In this document: piece after piece, positions 20,301 to 30,784 of the stretch
How positions within the stretch are numbered: position 1 is the first letter of the stretch
Layout of the letters: each line of letters begins with the position of its first letter
Assembly: GCA_963665665.1 (NCBI GenBank)
Contig: OY762428.1
Coordinates: 1,024,001-1,088,000 of the forward strand
From: Candidatus Kapaibacterium sp.
Lineage (GTDB): Bacteria > Bacteroidota > Ignavibacteria > Kapaibacteriales > UBA2268
Length of the DNA stretch: 64,000 nucleotides
Reading direction: 5' to 3'
The notes under the pieces: generated by a model
Seen by the model: only the letters and a program-made list of their open reading frames with translations
Databases searched by the model: none
What the model was told of the DNA's origin: nothing
Translations under genes and position numbers: made by a program

Positions 20301-20562
20301 CAGTTCAATCAGCAGCAGGAATGCCAACCAGCCGCCCAACCTAATGGACAGGCTTAACCAGACAGCATGGTATATGTGGAGTAATTCCTCAGCGCCTACA
20401 AAGACCAATATTGATTCCTATAATATTATGGTTGAACAGATGCAAAAGCTGATCAGCGGACTGAAAGAGGTCAGTGAGAAAGACCTTGCCCCAATCGAAA
20501 AACAGCTTGATGCAATAAATGCACCGCTTACACCGGGCAGGCTGCCGGTATTGAAAAAATAG
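17314..20562 (+). CDS. BNR/Asp-box (VPS10/sortilin-like) glycosyl hydrolase-family secreted protein
   Basis: Many S/T-x-D-x-G-x-T/S-W Asp-boxes and FRGIGPGIASGRI. ATG 17314 gives a clean signal peptide. Confidence 0.85.
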   Translation: MHLISILLISIFLTLPSLVSAEENEKKDSGPMKSSTFNGLKFRGIGPGIASGRIIDFAVHPCNNDIIYAAIASGGVWKTTNHGTTWIPIFDSQGSYSIGCVTIDPNNHHTVWVGSGENNSQRSVSHGDGIYRSDDGGKTWRNMGLKKSEHIGKIIVRPGNSNEVWVAAQGPLWNAGGDRGLYKTTDGGKTWDKSLYISENTGVSDLVMDPRDPDVLYASSYQRRRHVWTLINGGPEAAIYKTTDNGKTWNKLSGGLPGGELGRIGLGISPVNPDYIYALIEAVGNKGGFFRSTDRGASWKEMYDMKSSSAQYYQEVFCDPVDVDKVYLVDTYSKYTEDGGKTWKNMGLKERHVDDHALWINPKNTLHWIIGGDGGIYETHDHGKTWKFYENLPVTQFYRIGIDNTEPFYYVYGGTQDNATIGGPVRTVNAHGLMNQDFYFTKGGDGFQTRVDPENPDIVYSQAQYGSLVRFDRKSGQRTDIQPMPDKDGELRWNWDSPLIISPHSNTRLYFAANVLFRSDDRGDSWEQISPDLTKQIDRNQLEIMGKVWGPETVAKNASTSLYGNIVALTESPLKENLIYAGTDDGLIQVSEDAKTWKKIDKFPGIPELSYVSDLMASKHDANTIYACFDNHKMGDFKPYILKSTDKGTSWKSISSNLPDNGMAWTILEDHVDKNLLFVGTEFGIFFSNDGGKKWIQLKSGIPTIAVRDAEIQQRENDLALATFGRGFYILDNYAPLREVNDEMLNKKAHLFAVKDALLYVPNTAPGRRNLGETFFRAENPFGTDFTYYLKETPKSSKKIRQEKAKKLEKEGKTPPYPTFDELRKEDLEESPYLIFTVKNSDGVPVRKLYAPAAAGIHRINWDLDYPEISPVDKNMKVNKRSGYPVLPGQYSVTMEMFDNGKIEMLAGPVKFNCKLLKNETLPPKDRKQLEKFQQDIANMLNTAYGADKYMKALNNRIDFIKKSVKLSAKADNNMLTKIRDIELKLADLNIILHGNSSISSRNANQPPNLMDRLNQTAWYMWSNSSAPTKTNIDSYNIMVEQMQKLISGLKEVSEKDLAPIEKQLDAINAPLTPGRLPVLKK

Positions 20563-20575
20563 GATAATGTTATTA

Positions 20576-20608
20576 GTTCATCCGATCACTCGAAGTGATC
20601 GGATGAAC
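20576..20608. terminator. Perfect 15-bp palindrome (terminator or REP-like)
   Basis: GTTCATCCGATCACT-CGA-AGTGATCGGATGAAC, just after the stop at 20562. Confidence 0.6.
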
Positions 20609-20796
20609 ATTTCATTTTTATACCCAAAAAATGATAAACAATATCATTAATGAATGAAATTTCCATTAAAAATCAACAACTAATAAATCACACCTACTTA
20701 AGCGGGCTGAATATTTCCCGAAGATTTTGAATAATAGCTATAAATGTATTATATTGAACAAATTAAATACATTTTGATATTACTCCCGGAAATATT

Positions 20797-21195
20797 ATGA
20801 TATTATACAAAAAAAGAAGGAAGTATAAATACAACCTGCATTCAGACGAAACCTGCGAAACCGGTATTGTTCCTGAAAAACCGGCAGACCTGCATTTCCT
20901 GGCTATTGATGCAGCAGGAAAACTGACTATCCGCAAGGGATACTCCTGGGACGGCCCGAGCGGACCGACTATCGATACAAAAACTTTTATGCGCGGCTCG
21001 CTCATCCATGACGCTCTGTACCAGTTAATACGCGAAAAAGTACTTCCATTCTCAGCCAGGAAAAGAGCCGATGAGATTCTGAAGGAAGTATGCCTTGAAG
21101 ACGGGATGTGTCCGTTCAGGGCATGGTATGTTCACCTCGGTGTGAAATGGTTCGGCTGCAGCTCGGCCAAACCGGACATGAAGCAGGCACCTTAA
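20797..21195 (+). CDS. DUF1353-like protein
   Basis: GYSWDGPSGPTIDT...SLIHDALYQ...RKRADEIL...V..FG pattern. Confidence 0.7.
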   Translation: MILYKKRRKYKYNLHSDETCETGIVPEKPADLHFLAIDAAGKLTIRKGYSWDGPSGPTIDTKTFMRGSLIHDALYQLIREKVLPFSARKRADEILKEVCLEDGMCPFRAWYVHLGVKWFGCSSAKPDMKQAP

Positions 21196-21202
21196 ATCAC
21201 TA

Positions 21203-21238
21203 TGGCTGATCCGATGATTTTACTTTTCGGATCAGTCA
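21203..21238. terminator. Hairpin between convergent genes
   Basis: TGGCTGATCCGA...TCGGATCAGTCA. Confidence 0.55.
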
Positions 21239-21247
21239 TTCATTATT

Positions 21248-22351
21248 TTACCATTTTTCAACATCCTTATAATAATTAATATCTGCTTCAATCTCTTCAA
21301 TAGTCGGTAATGACCCTTTCAAATCATCAGGTAATATTTCAGTAAGAGTAAAATCACTAACTCCCATAGGTTTATTAATTCCCCTGAGCGCAAATTCTGT
21401 CTCAATTTTATTCTTTCCACGACATAACAGAATACCTATCGTCTGATTTTCATTTTCAGTTTTCAGCAGACTGTCAACAGCTGAAAGATAGAAGTTAAGT
21501 TTTCCGGCATACTCCGGAATAAATCTGGTATTCTTTAATTCAATAACTACATAGCATTTTAGTTTTATATGATAAAAGAGCAAATCGATATAGTAATCAG
21601 AATCACCTATATGGATATGGTACTGACGCCCGATAAAAGCAAACCCTTTTCCCAATTCGAGCATAAAATTGCTAATATGATCTATCAATTTATTTTCAAT
21701 TTCACGTTCGTTAAATGGCTTTGTTATTGAAAGAAAATCAAATGTATATGGGTCTTTAAGGGTTTGTTCGGCAAGGTCTGACTGTGGTAAGTCAAGTGTA
21801 TCTTTAAAATTTGTTATCGCCGCTCCCTGCCTTGCAAACAGGCTTGTTTGTATCTGTAATGCAAGCACATTCCTGCTCCACCCATGTTCAATAGCTTTAT
21901 TTACATAAAAAATCAGTTCAGGCAATTCTTTAACTTTACCTGTCAACAATTTAATATGGCCCCATGGCAGCTTCCTGATTGACTTATATAAATCAGTTTG
22001 TTTAATAATCGTAAATTTGTCCCCAGTTTGGGGACTAATTGAAACCTGACTTTCGTCCCCGGTTTGGGGACTATTTGCCAGATATTTGTAAAACAATCTG
22101 CAATATTTCAGGTTAGTAAGCGAAAAGCCCTGTATATCAGGAAATTCCTTTCTCAGATCTGATGATAATTGATCAAGAAACTTGCTGCCCCATTCTGCAT
22201 CTTTCTCTGCTATCATCCGCCCAATATCGAAATAAAAATCAATAAGCACGCTGTTTGCTGACAAAGCAGCTTTTAACCTTGCCGACCGAATCGCAGATTT
22301 TATTTCTTTAATCCAGATTTTATAATTTTCTGTTTTTATAAATTTCTTCAT
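21248..22351 (-). CDS. YhcG/DUF1016 PD-(D/E)XK nuclease family protein
   Basis: KDPYTFDFL, ELGKGFAFIGRQ, IDLLFYH..LKCYVVIELK, GKLNFYLSAVD. Confidence 0.92.
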   Translation of the reverse strand: MKKFIKTENYKIWIKEIKSAIRSARLKAALSANSVLIDFYFDIGRMIAEKDAEWGSKFLDQLSSDLRKEFPDIQGFSLTNLKYCRLFYKYLANSPQTGDESQVSISPQTGDKFTIIKQTDLYKSIRKLPWGHIKLLTGKVKELPELIFYVNKAIEHGWSRNVLALQIQTSLFARQGAAITNFKDTLDLPQSDLAEQTLKDPYTFDFLSITKPFNEREIENKLIDHISNFMLELGKGFAFIGRQYHIHIGDSDYYIDLLFYHIKLKCYVVIELKNTRFIPEYAGKLNFYLSAVDSLLKTENENQTIGILLCRGKNKIETEFALRGINKPMGVSDFTLTEILPDDLKGSLPTIEEIEADINYYKDVEKW

Positions 22352-22430
22352 AAATTTGATCCTGGTATATTCCGGTTTCCCAATAGCATTATATATTTTC
22401 GATTACAATTTGACAGCATTTAATAAAACC

Positions 22431-22946
22431 CTACTTTTCAACCACAAGCAACTCATTTACTTTCACTCCATAGGTAATCAGTTGAATATTGTATATGCCG
22501 CTTGCAAGGCTGCCTGCATCGAAAGATAGCTGATGTTGCCCCGAAGTGGCCTCCCCTTCTGAAATTGTTTGCACAAGCTGCCCGGCAATTTTATATATTT
22601 TCAGAGAAACATAAGCTGCTTTTGGCATGTAATATTCAATATTAGTATTTTCAGAAACCGGATTGGGAGTGCATTTCAGGGATGTATCATCTACAAAATT
22701 CCGATTTTCATTAACCGAATTCAGGCCGTTTGAAATTGCTATTGTATGGAAAGAACCTGCAGCAACGCTAATCCATTTTTTATCTTTTACAATCTGTGTG
22801 GGAATATAATTATCTTCAAAAGTCACGTCGCCAGGTTCGCCATACCCATTACTTCCCCAAGTCCAAAGGATTCCGCTTTCCTGAGCTGATAAATTAATCT
22901 GAATTGATAGAAAGCTTACAATTAGCAAAGTAGAAATCTTTTTCAT
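22431..22946 (-). CDS. Short T9SS-sorted protein with a single RCC1-like repeat (possibly collapsed or degenerate)
   Basis: LWTWGSNGYGEPGD...SVAAGSFHTIAI followed directly by a TPNP...SGIYNIQL CTD. Confidence 0.65.
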   Translation of the reverse strand: MKKISTLLIVSFLSIQINLSAQESGILWTWGSNGYGEPGDVTFEDNYIPTQIVKDKKWISVAAGSFHTIAISNGLNSVNENRNFVDDTSLKCTPNPVSENTNIEYYMPKAAYVSLKIYKIAGQLVQTISEGEATSGQHQLSFDAGSLASGIYNIQLITYGVKVNELLVVEK

Positions 22947-23131
22947 AACACTCTCTCCAACATTTTATATATACTTTTATTACAAGGAAATACCTCCGGG
23001 AGTATTCATTTATAATATCGTAAATTTATTTGAAAAAGGCAAGTTGAACTATTAACAATTATATTATCTGAAAATATTACCCGGATATTTCCGGGTAATA
23101 TAACTGGAAATATTTATAATATTCTTGAAAA

Positions 23132-24226
23132 TCAGCCAGCTACAGGAAGATATATCGTAGCTTCAGTATATTTTCCAAATTCGCTGTCAATCTTAAAAAC
23201 CCCGCCATAAACTTCAGCAATTCTTTTCAGGCTAACAAGTCCAAGGCCCGGGCCCTGCTGTTCATATACCCTTCTGTCGAACTGTACGAATGCTCCGATT
23301 TTCCTTATTTGATCGGCGCTCATCCCTCTGCCATAGTCTTTTATTGATAATCTATATAAATTTCCTTCAACCGAGGATGTGATCTCTAACGGAGTACCCT
23401 TATCAGAGAATTTAAACGCATTATTTGAAAGCTCTTCGCAAATCTTTAGTAGATGTTCCTGCATAATTCGCACAGGAGTATCATCAAGTTCATAATGCAA
23501 ATCATCAACCCGTTCAAATTCGGAAGCTTCTTTTTCGAATGCCGAAGTAATTATGTCCACAGGATTGGATGTAACATATCCTGTTAATTTTTCTAACTGT
23601 TCCCGGTCTTTGCTGAGTATCTCGATATCAGCATAAAACAGGTAATTCAGAATCAGCCTGTGAAGCCTTTGGGCAGAAGTATAGATATTTTTATGAAGCT
23701 GAACAACCTCCTCGGATTCCAGAGAATCAAAATATTCGATCAAAAATTGAGATGAAGCCATAATTCCGTTAAGCGGAGTTCTGAATTCGTGAGGCAGGGA
23801 CGTAGTAAGGTTTTGCCTGAGTTCATCAAGATTCTTTTCAGAATCCTTGCGTAGATTATCCGTTTTTTTCATCCTTACTTCAATAGCCTTATAGAGCTGA
23901 TCAGGTGTAAACGGCTTGGTTAGATAGTCGTCAGCTCCAAGATTCATACCTTCTCGAAGGTCATCCTTATCGGCCTTGGCAGTTAGGAAAATAAACGGTA
24001 CGGAACTTGTTGATTCATTATCCTGAAGAGCTTTAAGTACACCGAAGCCATCTAATTCAGGCATCATAATATCACAGACTATCAAATCCGGTAAGTGCTT
24101 TCTGGCTAACTCAATTCCTTTAATTCCGTTATTTGCTCCGATAACATCATAATCCAATTCTTCAATTATCTCCATGATATTTTCAAGAACTGCATCTTCA
24201 TCTTCAATTACTAATACTTTTTTCAT
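23132..24226 (-). CDS. Cytoplasmic hybrid response regulator-histidine kinase (REC-HisKA-HATPase)
   Basis: VLVIEDE...DIMMP...DDYLTKPF; HEFRTPL; NNAFKFS, DYGRGM, GLGL. Confidence 0.9.
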   Translation of the reverse strand: MKKVLVIEDEDAVLENIMEIIEELDYDVIGANNGIKGIELARKHLPDLIVCDIMMPELDGFGVLKALQDNESTSSVPFIFLTAKADKDDLREGMNLGADDYLTKPFTPDQLYKAIEVRMKKTDNLRKDSEKNLDELRQNLTTSLPHEFRTPLNGIMASSQFLIEYFDSLESEEVVQLHKNIYTSAQRLHRLILNYLFYADIEILSKDREQLEKLTGYVTSNPVDIITSAFEKEASEFERVDDLHYELDDTPVRIMQEHLLKICEELSNNAFKFSDKGTPLEITSSVEGNLYRLSIKDYGRGMSADQIRKIGAFVQFDRRVYEQQGPGLGLVSLKRIAEVYGGVFKIDSEFGKYTEATIYLPVAG

Positions 24227-24476
24227 AAGGCCATATAATATAAAATATAATTTTTTTATAATTTACAAAATTTTTCATGAATATCAAGGGAAATTATATA
24301 TCACTTCCGGGCAACATAGCAAATCTGATCAAATTATTCAAAATTATTATATTTGTCCGACAGCAATTAAATAGTTTCAACCACTAACACAATAAAAAAT
24401 ATTCAGCAGAACAATTGTCTGCTGAATAATAGATCATAGCTTTGCTTATTGTATCAGAGGCTTCTGAATAAAAAAA

Positions 24477-24830
24477 CTACGGGGTAACTGCTTTGGGATC
24501 AGGCCCGTATTGATTATCACCGGTTGTACCTTCCCCAACCATTAAAACAATAAGCCAGATTCCGCCAATGATCGGAATAAGTGATACTAATATCCAGATA
24601 CCACTTTTATCAGTATCGTGCAGCCTTCGGATTGAAACAGCAATACCCGGAATTAACACAGCCAGCCCGTACAAAAGCTGAATAACGAAATATGTTCCGA
24701 TTATCATGTCCAGAATACTGGCGGCTATTGCAAAAATGATGTTGAACAGAACAAACATCCAGTATTCTTTTCTTCTCGCTCTGCCGTCAAATCCGACGTA
24801 ATTCTTAATTACTTTCAAATACCAGTCCAT
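24477..24830 (-). CDS. DUF805 (YhaH-like) membrane protein
   Basis: YVGFDGRARRKEYWMF...RRLHDTDKSG...GDNQYGPDPK. Confidence 0.92.
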   Translation of the reverse strand: MDWYLKVIKNYVGFDGRARRKEYWMFVLFNIIFAIAASILDMIIGTYFVIQLLYGLAVLIPGIAVSIRRLHDTDKSGIWILVSLIPIIGGIWLIVLMVGEGTTGDNQYGPDPKAVTP

Positions 24831-25183
24831 TGTAAAACCTTTAATAATTTTTAAAAATGTGGAAACAAGAATTAAACATATTTCTAATTTATTTAATATC
24901 GTCAGTTACTGCTTAAATATCCTGTATCTTGCCTGTTTCATTCTGCGAGTCATTCCCAGAAACAAATTACTAATTTCCTTATCATCAACAAAAATATATT
25001 TCTCATTTTCAAATAAGAATAAAATCTCTATTTTATTTATCACTCATTAACTTTAATTGGAAAAATATGGCTAAATTGCATATTTTGTTTCAGCGAAGTT
25101 GAAAAAATGAAAAACATCGCTGTTACGTCAATGAATTTGATAAAACTTGAACTGAATAAATTTTGGAACGGAGGTTCGAATTA

Positions 25184-27190
25184 ATGAGCGATTCACCCGG
25201 AAAAAAGGATGATAACAATAACGATTTTAAGAAAATGAATCCTTTTGGTGATTTTGGAAAAAACGGTAATAACCAGCAGAACAAATTCTTCAGAAATATG
25301 CTGCTTTGGGTTGTTATCGCAGCCGGATTATTCTCGGTGTACGTTTTCACCCAGGGCAACCAGCGCGGAGAATGGCCGGTAAATTACACCCAATATCAGG
25401 ATTTGCTGGAACAGGACCTGATCAGAGAGGCCACGATAACAAAAACCCAATTGAATGATTTTGAATTCCACGGAGAACTTAAAGAGAAAATAACTATTAC
25501 CATTGAAGGGAAACCGAGAGAAGTAAAATATTTCGTTACCAAACTCGGAGTTCTGGATACTGACACCGAAAAAAGATGGGCAGAAAAGGGAATTACATGG
25601 AAATATGAGGAAGGCGAAAGCCCGTTCTGGGGAACGATAATTTCTATCCTGCCTCTTCTATTACTTGTAGTTTTCTTCGTGGTGATAATGCGAAGGATGC
25701 AATCAGGCGGTTCGAAGGGAATATTCACTTTTGGTAAGGCCCGAGTGAAACTTCATTCAGAAAGCCAGGTAAAAATTACTTTCGATGACGTTGCCGGAGC
25801 TGACGAAGCCAAGGTAGAACTTGAAGAGGTAATTGAATTCCTGAAAGAGCCCAAAAAATTCCAGAAACTGGGCGGAAAAATTCCACGCGGTGTACTGCTG
25901 GTGGGCCCTCCCGGTACTGGTAAAACACTACTTGCAAGAGCAGTTGCCGGTGAAGCTGACGTGCCTTTCTTCTCTATATCCGGCGCTGATTTCGTGGAAA
26001 TGTTCGTTGGTGTGGGTGCAAGCCGTGTACGTGATCTTTTTGACCAGGCAAAGAAAAATCATCCCTGCCTTGTATTTATTGACGAGCTTGATGCTGTAGG
26101 ACGACATCGCGGTGCCGGACTTGGCGGAGGACATGACGAAAGAGAGCAGACACTTAACCAGCTGCTTGTTGAAATGGACGGCTTTGAACAGAACAGCGGT
26201 GTTATTATTATTGCAGCAACAAACAGGCCGGATGTTCTTGATCCTGCCCTGCTCAGGCCCGGACGTTTCGACCGCCAGGTAGTTGTGGACAGGCCCGACG
26301 TGAAAGGACGCGAAGCAATATTTAAAGTTCATACCAAAAACATACCAATGAGTGACGATATCAAATTGGACGTTCTTGCTAAAGGTACTCCGGGACTTTC
26401 AGGAGCCGATATTGCTAACATTGTTAACGAGGCCGCTCTTCTTGCAGCACGCAGGGACAGCGACAAAGTTACGATGTATGATTTTGAAAATGCTAAAGAC
26501 AAAGTTTTGATGGGCGTTGAACGCCGGAGCATGGTGATTTCCGATAAGGAAAAGGAAATGACAGCATACCATGAAATGGGTCATGCCCTTGTTGGCAAGC
26601 TGCTTCCTGACGGAGACCCCGTACACAAAATCACAATTATCCCAAGAGGCAGAGCTCTGGGTGTAACTTCGTATTTGCCAAACGAAGAATTCCATTCCTG
26701 GTCTCAACCATATATTGAAGCTCACATTATTACTCTTCTGGCCGGCCGGGCAGCAGAAAAAATAGTATTCAAAAAGCTTTCAACCGGAGCTGCCAATGAT
26801 TTGCAAAGGGCTACAAAACTTGCCCGCAAGATGGTTTGCGACTGGGGCATGAGCGAGGCCGTAGGACCAATTACATTTGCCCACGAGCAGGAAGAAGTTT
26901 TCCTTGGTAAGGAACTTTCTCAACCAAGAGACCATAGCGAGCAAACAGCCCAGCTTATTGATACTGAAGTTCGTAAAATATTGCTGACCGCTGCCGATAG
27001 AGCTGAAACTTTACTAACCGATAATATTGATATCTTGCATCGGGCATCGAAAATCCTTCTTGAAAGAGAAAATATCGACGCTGTGGAACTTGATTTGATT
27101 ATCAAAGGGGATGAACTACCGCCGGTAAGTATGGCACAGATTTCAGCCTTGAAGAATATGAATTTCGATGATAAAGAAAAGAAGAACTGA
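25184..27190 (+). CDS. ftsH: ATP-dependent zinc metalloprotease FtsH
   Basis: Two TM segments, [42 protein letters not shown]; GGAGG upstream of ATG 25184. Confidence 0.97.
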   Translation: MSDSPGKKDDNNNDFKKMNPFGDFGKNGNNQQNKFFRNMLLWVVIAAGLFSVYVFTQGNQRGEWPVNYTQYQDLLEQDLIREATITKTQLNDFEFHGELKEKITITIEGKPREVKYFVTKLGVLDTDTEKRWAEKGITWKYEEGESPFWGTIISILPLLLLVVFFVVIMRRMQSGGSKGIFTFGKARVKLHSESQVKITFDDVAGADEAKVELEEVIEFLKEPKKFQKLGGKIPRGVLLVGPPGTGKTLLARAVAGEADVPFFSISGADFVEMFVGVGASRVRDLFDQAKKNHPCLVFIDELDAVGRHRGAGLGGGHDEREQTLNQLLVEMDGFEQNSGVIIIAATNRPDVLDPALLRPGRFDRQVVVDRPDVKGREAIFKVHTKNIPMSDDIKLDVLAKGTPGLSGADIANIVNEAALLAARRDSDKVTMYDFENAKDKVLMGVERRSMVISDKEKEMTAYHEMGHALVGKLLPDGDPVHKITIIPRGRALGVTSYLPNEEFHSWSQPYIEAHIITLLAGRAAEKIVFKKLSTGAANDLQRATKLARKMVCDWGMSEAVGPITFAHEQEEVFLGKELSQPRDHSEQTAQLIDTEVRKILLTAADRAETLLTDNIDILHRASKILLERENIDAVELDLIIKGDELPPVSMAQISALKNMNFDDKEKKN

Positions 27191-27212
27191 GAAAAGATAA
27201 ATCTTTAATCAC

Positions 27213-27240
27213 AAAAGCCGTCTTTCCGGACGGCTTTTTT
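27213..27240. terminator. Bidirectional intrinsic terminator
   Basis: AAAAGCCGTC-TTTCCG-GACGGCTTTTTT between convergent genes. Confidence 0.8.
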
Positions 27241-27761
27241 TATTTTAACAAATCATTATAGAGCCTGTAGTTTTCCTCCTCGAAGCAGCAAAATGTTATC
27301 TCCATACCGCTTTTTGTTTCAGTTAGATAATCAATTACAGATTTGACGGCAACCATGGCGGCCTTCTCCAACGGGTAACCGTAAATTCCCGTGCTGATAT
27401 TCGGGAAAGCAATTGACCGGCAGCCATTTTCTTCAGCGAGCTGTAATGAATTAGTATAGCAGTTTGCCAGCAGCTCCGGCTCATTATTCATTCCTCCTCG
27501 CCATACAGGCCCCACAGTATGAATAACGTATTTAGACGGCATAAGCCCTGCCTCTGTAATCACCGCCTCGCCCGCAGGCAGCCTGCCGATCTTTGCAATA
27601 ATATCCATACACTCCATGTGTATTTCCGGGCCTGCAGCACGGTGTATTGCTCCGTCCACTCCGCCACCGCCGCCAAGCCCGCTGTTTGCTGCGTTTACAA
27701 TGGCATCCACATTCAATTTTGTAATATCTGCTTTTATCAGGATTATATTATTCATTATCAT
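27240..27761 (-). CDS. Macrodomain O-acetyl-ADP-ribose deacetylase (YmdB-like)
   Basis: DITK...DAIVNAANSGLGGGGGVDGAIHRAAG, HTVGPVW, AFPNISTGIYGYP. Confidence 0.93.
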   Translation of the reverse strand: MIMNNIILIKADITKLNVDAIVNAANSGLGGGGGVDGAIHRAAGPEIHMECMDIIAKIGRLPAGEAVITEAGLMPSKYVIHTVGPVWRGGMNNEPELLANCYTNSLQLAEENGCRSIAFPNISTGIYGYPLEKAAMVAVKSVIDYLTETKSGMEITFCCFEEENYRLYNDLLK

Positions 27762-28080
27762 TGTGAAATATTTTTTATAAAATTAAAATATTCTTTGGAA
27801 TATGTTTCTTTTTTTTTACATTGTGTATAAATAAAATTGTACATTTTCTAACTAAGGTTGGGGGCCTTAATGACCAAAATACCCTGCTAAAATTTATATT
27901 AGTGCATATTATAAATACAGATATGCCGGTGCTTGCCAACATATCCGGGTTATTATTATTCAATGCCATCGAGTAACATAACCATGGCATAATATAGTGA
28001 TTTCACAACAAATATCGAAATAATTTCACGCTTTCCCTTACAGGATTGTTGTAGTTTTTATAATAAAATGCGGGTTAAAC

Positions 28081-29430
28081 ATGAAAAAGATGCTATCCTT
28101 ACTTTTCGCGTTTTTACTTTTCTCTTCGACTTTATTTTCGGAACAATGGAAAATTTTAGACAGCCTGAACTCTGTTAAATATCACGACAGATGGATGGAA
28201 TGGGCGGACAGCCTGCACGGGGCCTGGCTTGCAACTACACTTTATTACGAGCACGGTGGAATTATCCGGCTGACAAGCAACGGAGGCAACTCGTGGGAAA
28301 CAGTTCTTGCAGATACTATAAACCCTAACAATCTGATTTTTTTTCCACGTTTCAACAGTTTTTGTTTCAGAGATAAGAACCTGCTGCTTCTTGCCTGCGA
28401 TTCAGGGCAGGTAAGGCGCAGCAGCGATCTCGGGAAAAACTGGGAAACGATTACAATTAGGGATGGGTGGTTCGTGGATGTGATTGACATGTATGACGAA
28501 ACAAGCGGATACCTGAGAATATTCGATGAAAATGACAATATACATTTCTTTACAACAGCGGACGGGGGAATAAACTGGGAGGAAAAAGAAATACCACAGG
28601 AATTCAGGTTTCTATGGTATAATCGTAATTCAATAACTGCTTATAACAATTTTTTCCTGGGTTCTGATGAAAACGGGCCTGCACTTATTAAAATTGCCCG
28701 TGATTTTTCTTTATGGGAAAAATTTGCACTGCCCGTACTAAGCAACGACCTGAAAATGTACCAGTATAGCGACATACATTTCTTTGACGAAAACAGGGGT
28801 TGCCTTATCGGCTATACAGCTAAATTCAATGGCAAGTTTGATAATTATACCTTTACAACAAATGACGGCGGAGAAAGTTGGAAAATTGTTAAAACAGGCG
28901 ATGAAACGCCTATGCATATCAAAAATTTCAGCTTTATAGATAATAATATTGCTTTTGCATCTACCAACGAGCATTCTTTATTATCAACTTCAAACGGAGG
29001 AAACAGTTGGAAAGAAATGAATTTAACCGAACTTTATAATTCTCGCGGATATTTTAGTTTTTCTTTTTTAAAGGCCTTCAAAACTTCAATAAAGCTATTG
29101 AGCGGGAAAAATCATATCATCGAGGTCATTCCCGAACCTACAGGAATAGACGATCACTATGATAATGCAAAGAAATGCATAAATGTATGCCCTGAATTTT
29201 CCGGAAATCCGGATAATATTATTTTGGAATATCAATCAATAAAGCCCGGAAGCCAATTTCTGATAACTGATATTTCAGGCAGGACAATAGCTGAAAAAAT
29301 AATTACAAATGAAAGCGGCAGCATTAGTATTGGCAGTATCATCAGAAACATACTGCCGGCAGGTATATATATTATCAGAATTGAAAATATTAATGAGTCT
29401 GACTATGAAAAATTTATGATAATAAGATAA
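28081..29430 (+). CDS. BNR/YCF48-like beta-propeller protein with T9SS CTD
   Basis: TSNGGNSW, SSDLGKNW, TNDGGESW; C-terminal LPAGIYIIRI...EKFMIIR. Confidence 0.8.
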   Translation: MKKMLSLLFAFLLFSSTLFSEQWKILDSLNSVKYHDRWMEWADSLHGAWLATTLYYEHGGIIRLTSNGGNSWETVLADTINPNNLIFFPRFNSFCFRDKNLLLLACDSGQVRRSSDLGKNWETITIRDGWFVDVIDMYDETSGYLRIFDENDNIHFFTTADGGINWEEKEIPQEFRFLWYNRNSITAYNNFFLGSDENGPALIKIARDFSLWEKFALPVLSNDLKMYQYSDIHFFDENRGCLIGYTAKFNGKFDNYTFTTNDGGESWKIVKTGDETPMHIKNFSFIDNNIAFASTNEHSLLSTSNGGNSWKEMNLTELYNSRGYFSFSFLKAFKTSIKLLSGKNHIIEVIPEPTGIDDHYDNAKKCINVCPEFSGNPDNIILEYQSIKPGSQFLITDISGRTIAEKIITNESGSISIGSIIRNILPAGIYIIRIENINESDYEKFMIIR

Positions 29431-29467
29431 TATTGCCCTACTTAATTTTATCAACCAGGAATTAATC

Positions 29468-30784
29468 ATGAGAACAATTTTTATTACTATAATATCAATG
29501 ATAATTTTACCCAACGTACTACTGTCATTACCCAATATAAACTGGGAAATTGTTTATATTAAAAATACAAGCTATTCTTTTTCGGATTTTGCCATTGAAG
29601 ATGGTATTATTTATGCTGTAAACTCTTATAGTACTATCGGTAAACCGCAGGTAACGATCAGTTCGGACAGGGGAAAAAACTGGACTGATATCCTCCCCGA
29701 TTCCATTGCCTTCCTCAACCCGGAAAATCATTCGGGAGAAGTATGGCCCCGGGCAATTTCGGTGTCAGGGCCACGCATTCTGGCCTCGTGTACCAGCAAA
29801 TCAGACGGCTACTACATTTATTCTTCTGACTATGGCAAAACATGGGTCAGGGACAAACTGAAACACGAATCTAACGGAATTGGTTTTGCCCTTACATCCG
29901 AAGACGGATTCTCTATTGTCGGCGGATATTTTGGATTTTCAATATTTACCGATTACATGCAAAACAGAAGGGATATTGATAAAATAGATACTAACCGCCT
30001 GAATATTTTTGGGTTTTCATCGGTCGGGCCTGACTATTTGCTTATGCTCGCATACCTTGAACACGAGGGATTCAAGTTCCTTGTTTCCACCGACAGGGGG
30101 CAAAGCTGGGAAAAACATGACTATCCGTACAATGGCGCAGGCGCTGTTTTTTGCCTTAACAAGGATAATTGGTGGGGAATTCCCGCAAAATTAATCGGCA
30201 ATAAAACTGTCGATATGATAGTACATACAAGCAACGCCGGTGACTCATGGGAAACAAGCCTGCTTGAAGAAAGAATTAATAAATCCCGTCAATTTGATAT
30301 TTTTTTCGCAGATTCACTGAATGGTATATCTGTTGGAAGGTTCGGAAGAATGTACCTGACCCATGACGGAGGAAAAACCTGGAGCAGGGAGTACATGCTT
30401 GATTCAACTGACTGGTCTCTCGATTTGAACTGTGTGATAATTGACGATAACGGGGAAATATACGTTGGCACTAACAGAGGAATGATTTTCAAAGGGTCTT
30501 CAATTCTTGGTATCGAGGAAAAGCAGGAAGAACAATATAGAATTTACCCAAACCCCGCCGGAAAAGGCGAAACAATTACAATCCTTATAGAGGACGATAA
30601 ATTTATTGCTTCATCCTGGTCTCTTTTCGATATTGAAGGGAAACTAACGGCTCAGGGGCAGATTATTAGTTCCGGTAAAAAAATATCAGTTCAACTCCCG
30701 GGAGATATTCCCGCCGGCAACTATTTTATTAAATTATTTAATAAACTGGGTACTGAAAAATATATACAGTTTCAAATAGAATAA
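29468..30784 (+). CDS. BNR/YCF48-like beta-propeller protein with T9SS CTD
   Basis: SSDRGKNW, SSDYGKTW, THDGGKTW; IYPNPA...PAGNYFIKL. Confidence 0.8.
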   Translation: MRTIFITIISMIILPNVLLSLPNINWEIVYIKNTSYSFSDFAIEDGIIYAVNSYSTIGKPQVTISSDRGKNWTDILPDSIAFLNPENHSGEVWPRAISVSGPRILASCTSKSDGYYIYSSDYGKTWVRDKLKHESNGIGFALTSEDGFSIVGGYFGFSIFTDYMQNRRDIDKIDTNRLNIFGFSSVGPDYLLMLAYLEHEGFKFLVSTDRGQSWEKHDYPYNGAGAVFCLNKDNWWGIPAKLIGNKTVDMIVHTSNAGDSWETSLLEERINKSRQFDIFFADSLNGISVGRFGRMYLTHDGGKTWSREYMLDSTDWSLDLNCVIIDDNGEIYVGTNRGMIFKGSSILGIEEKQEEQYRIYPNPAGKGETITILIEDDKFIASSWSLFDIEGKLTAQGQIISSGKKISVQLPGDIPAGNYFIKLFNKLGTEKYIQFQIE

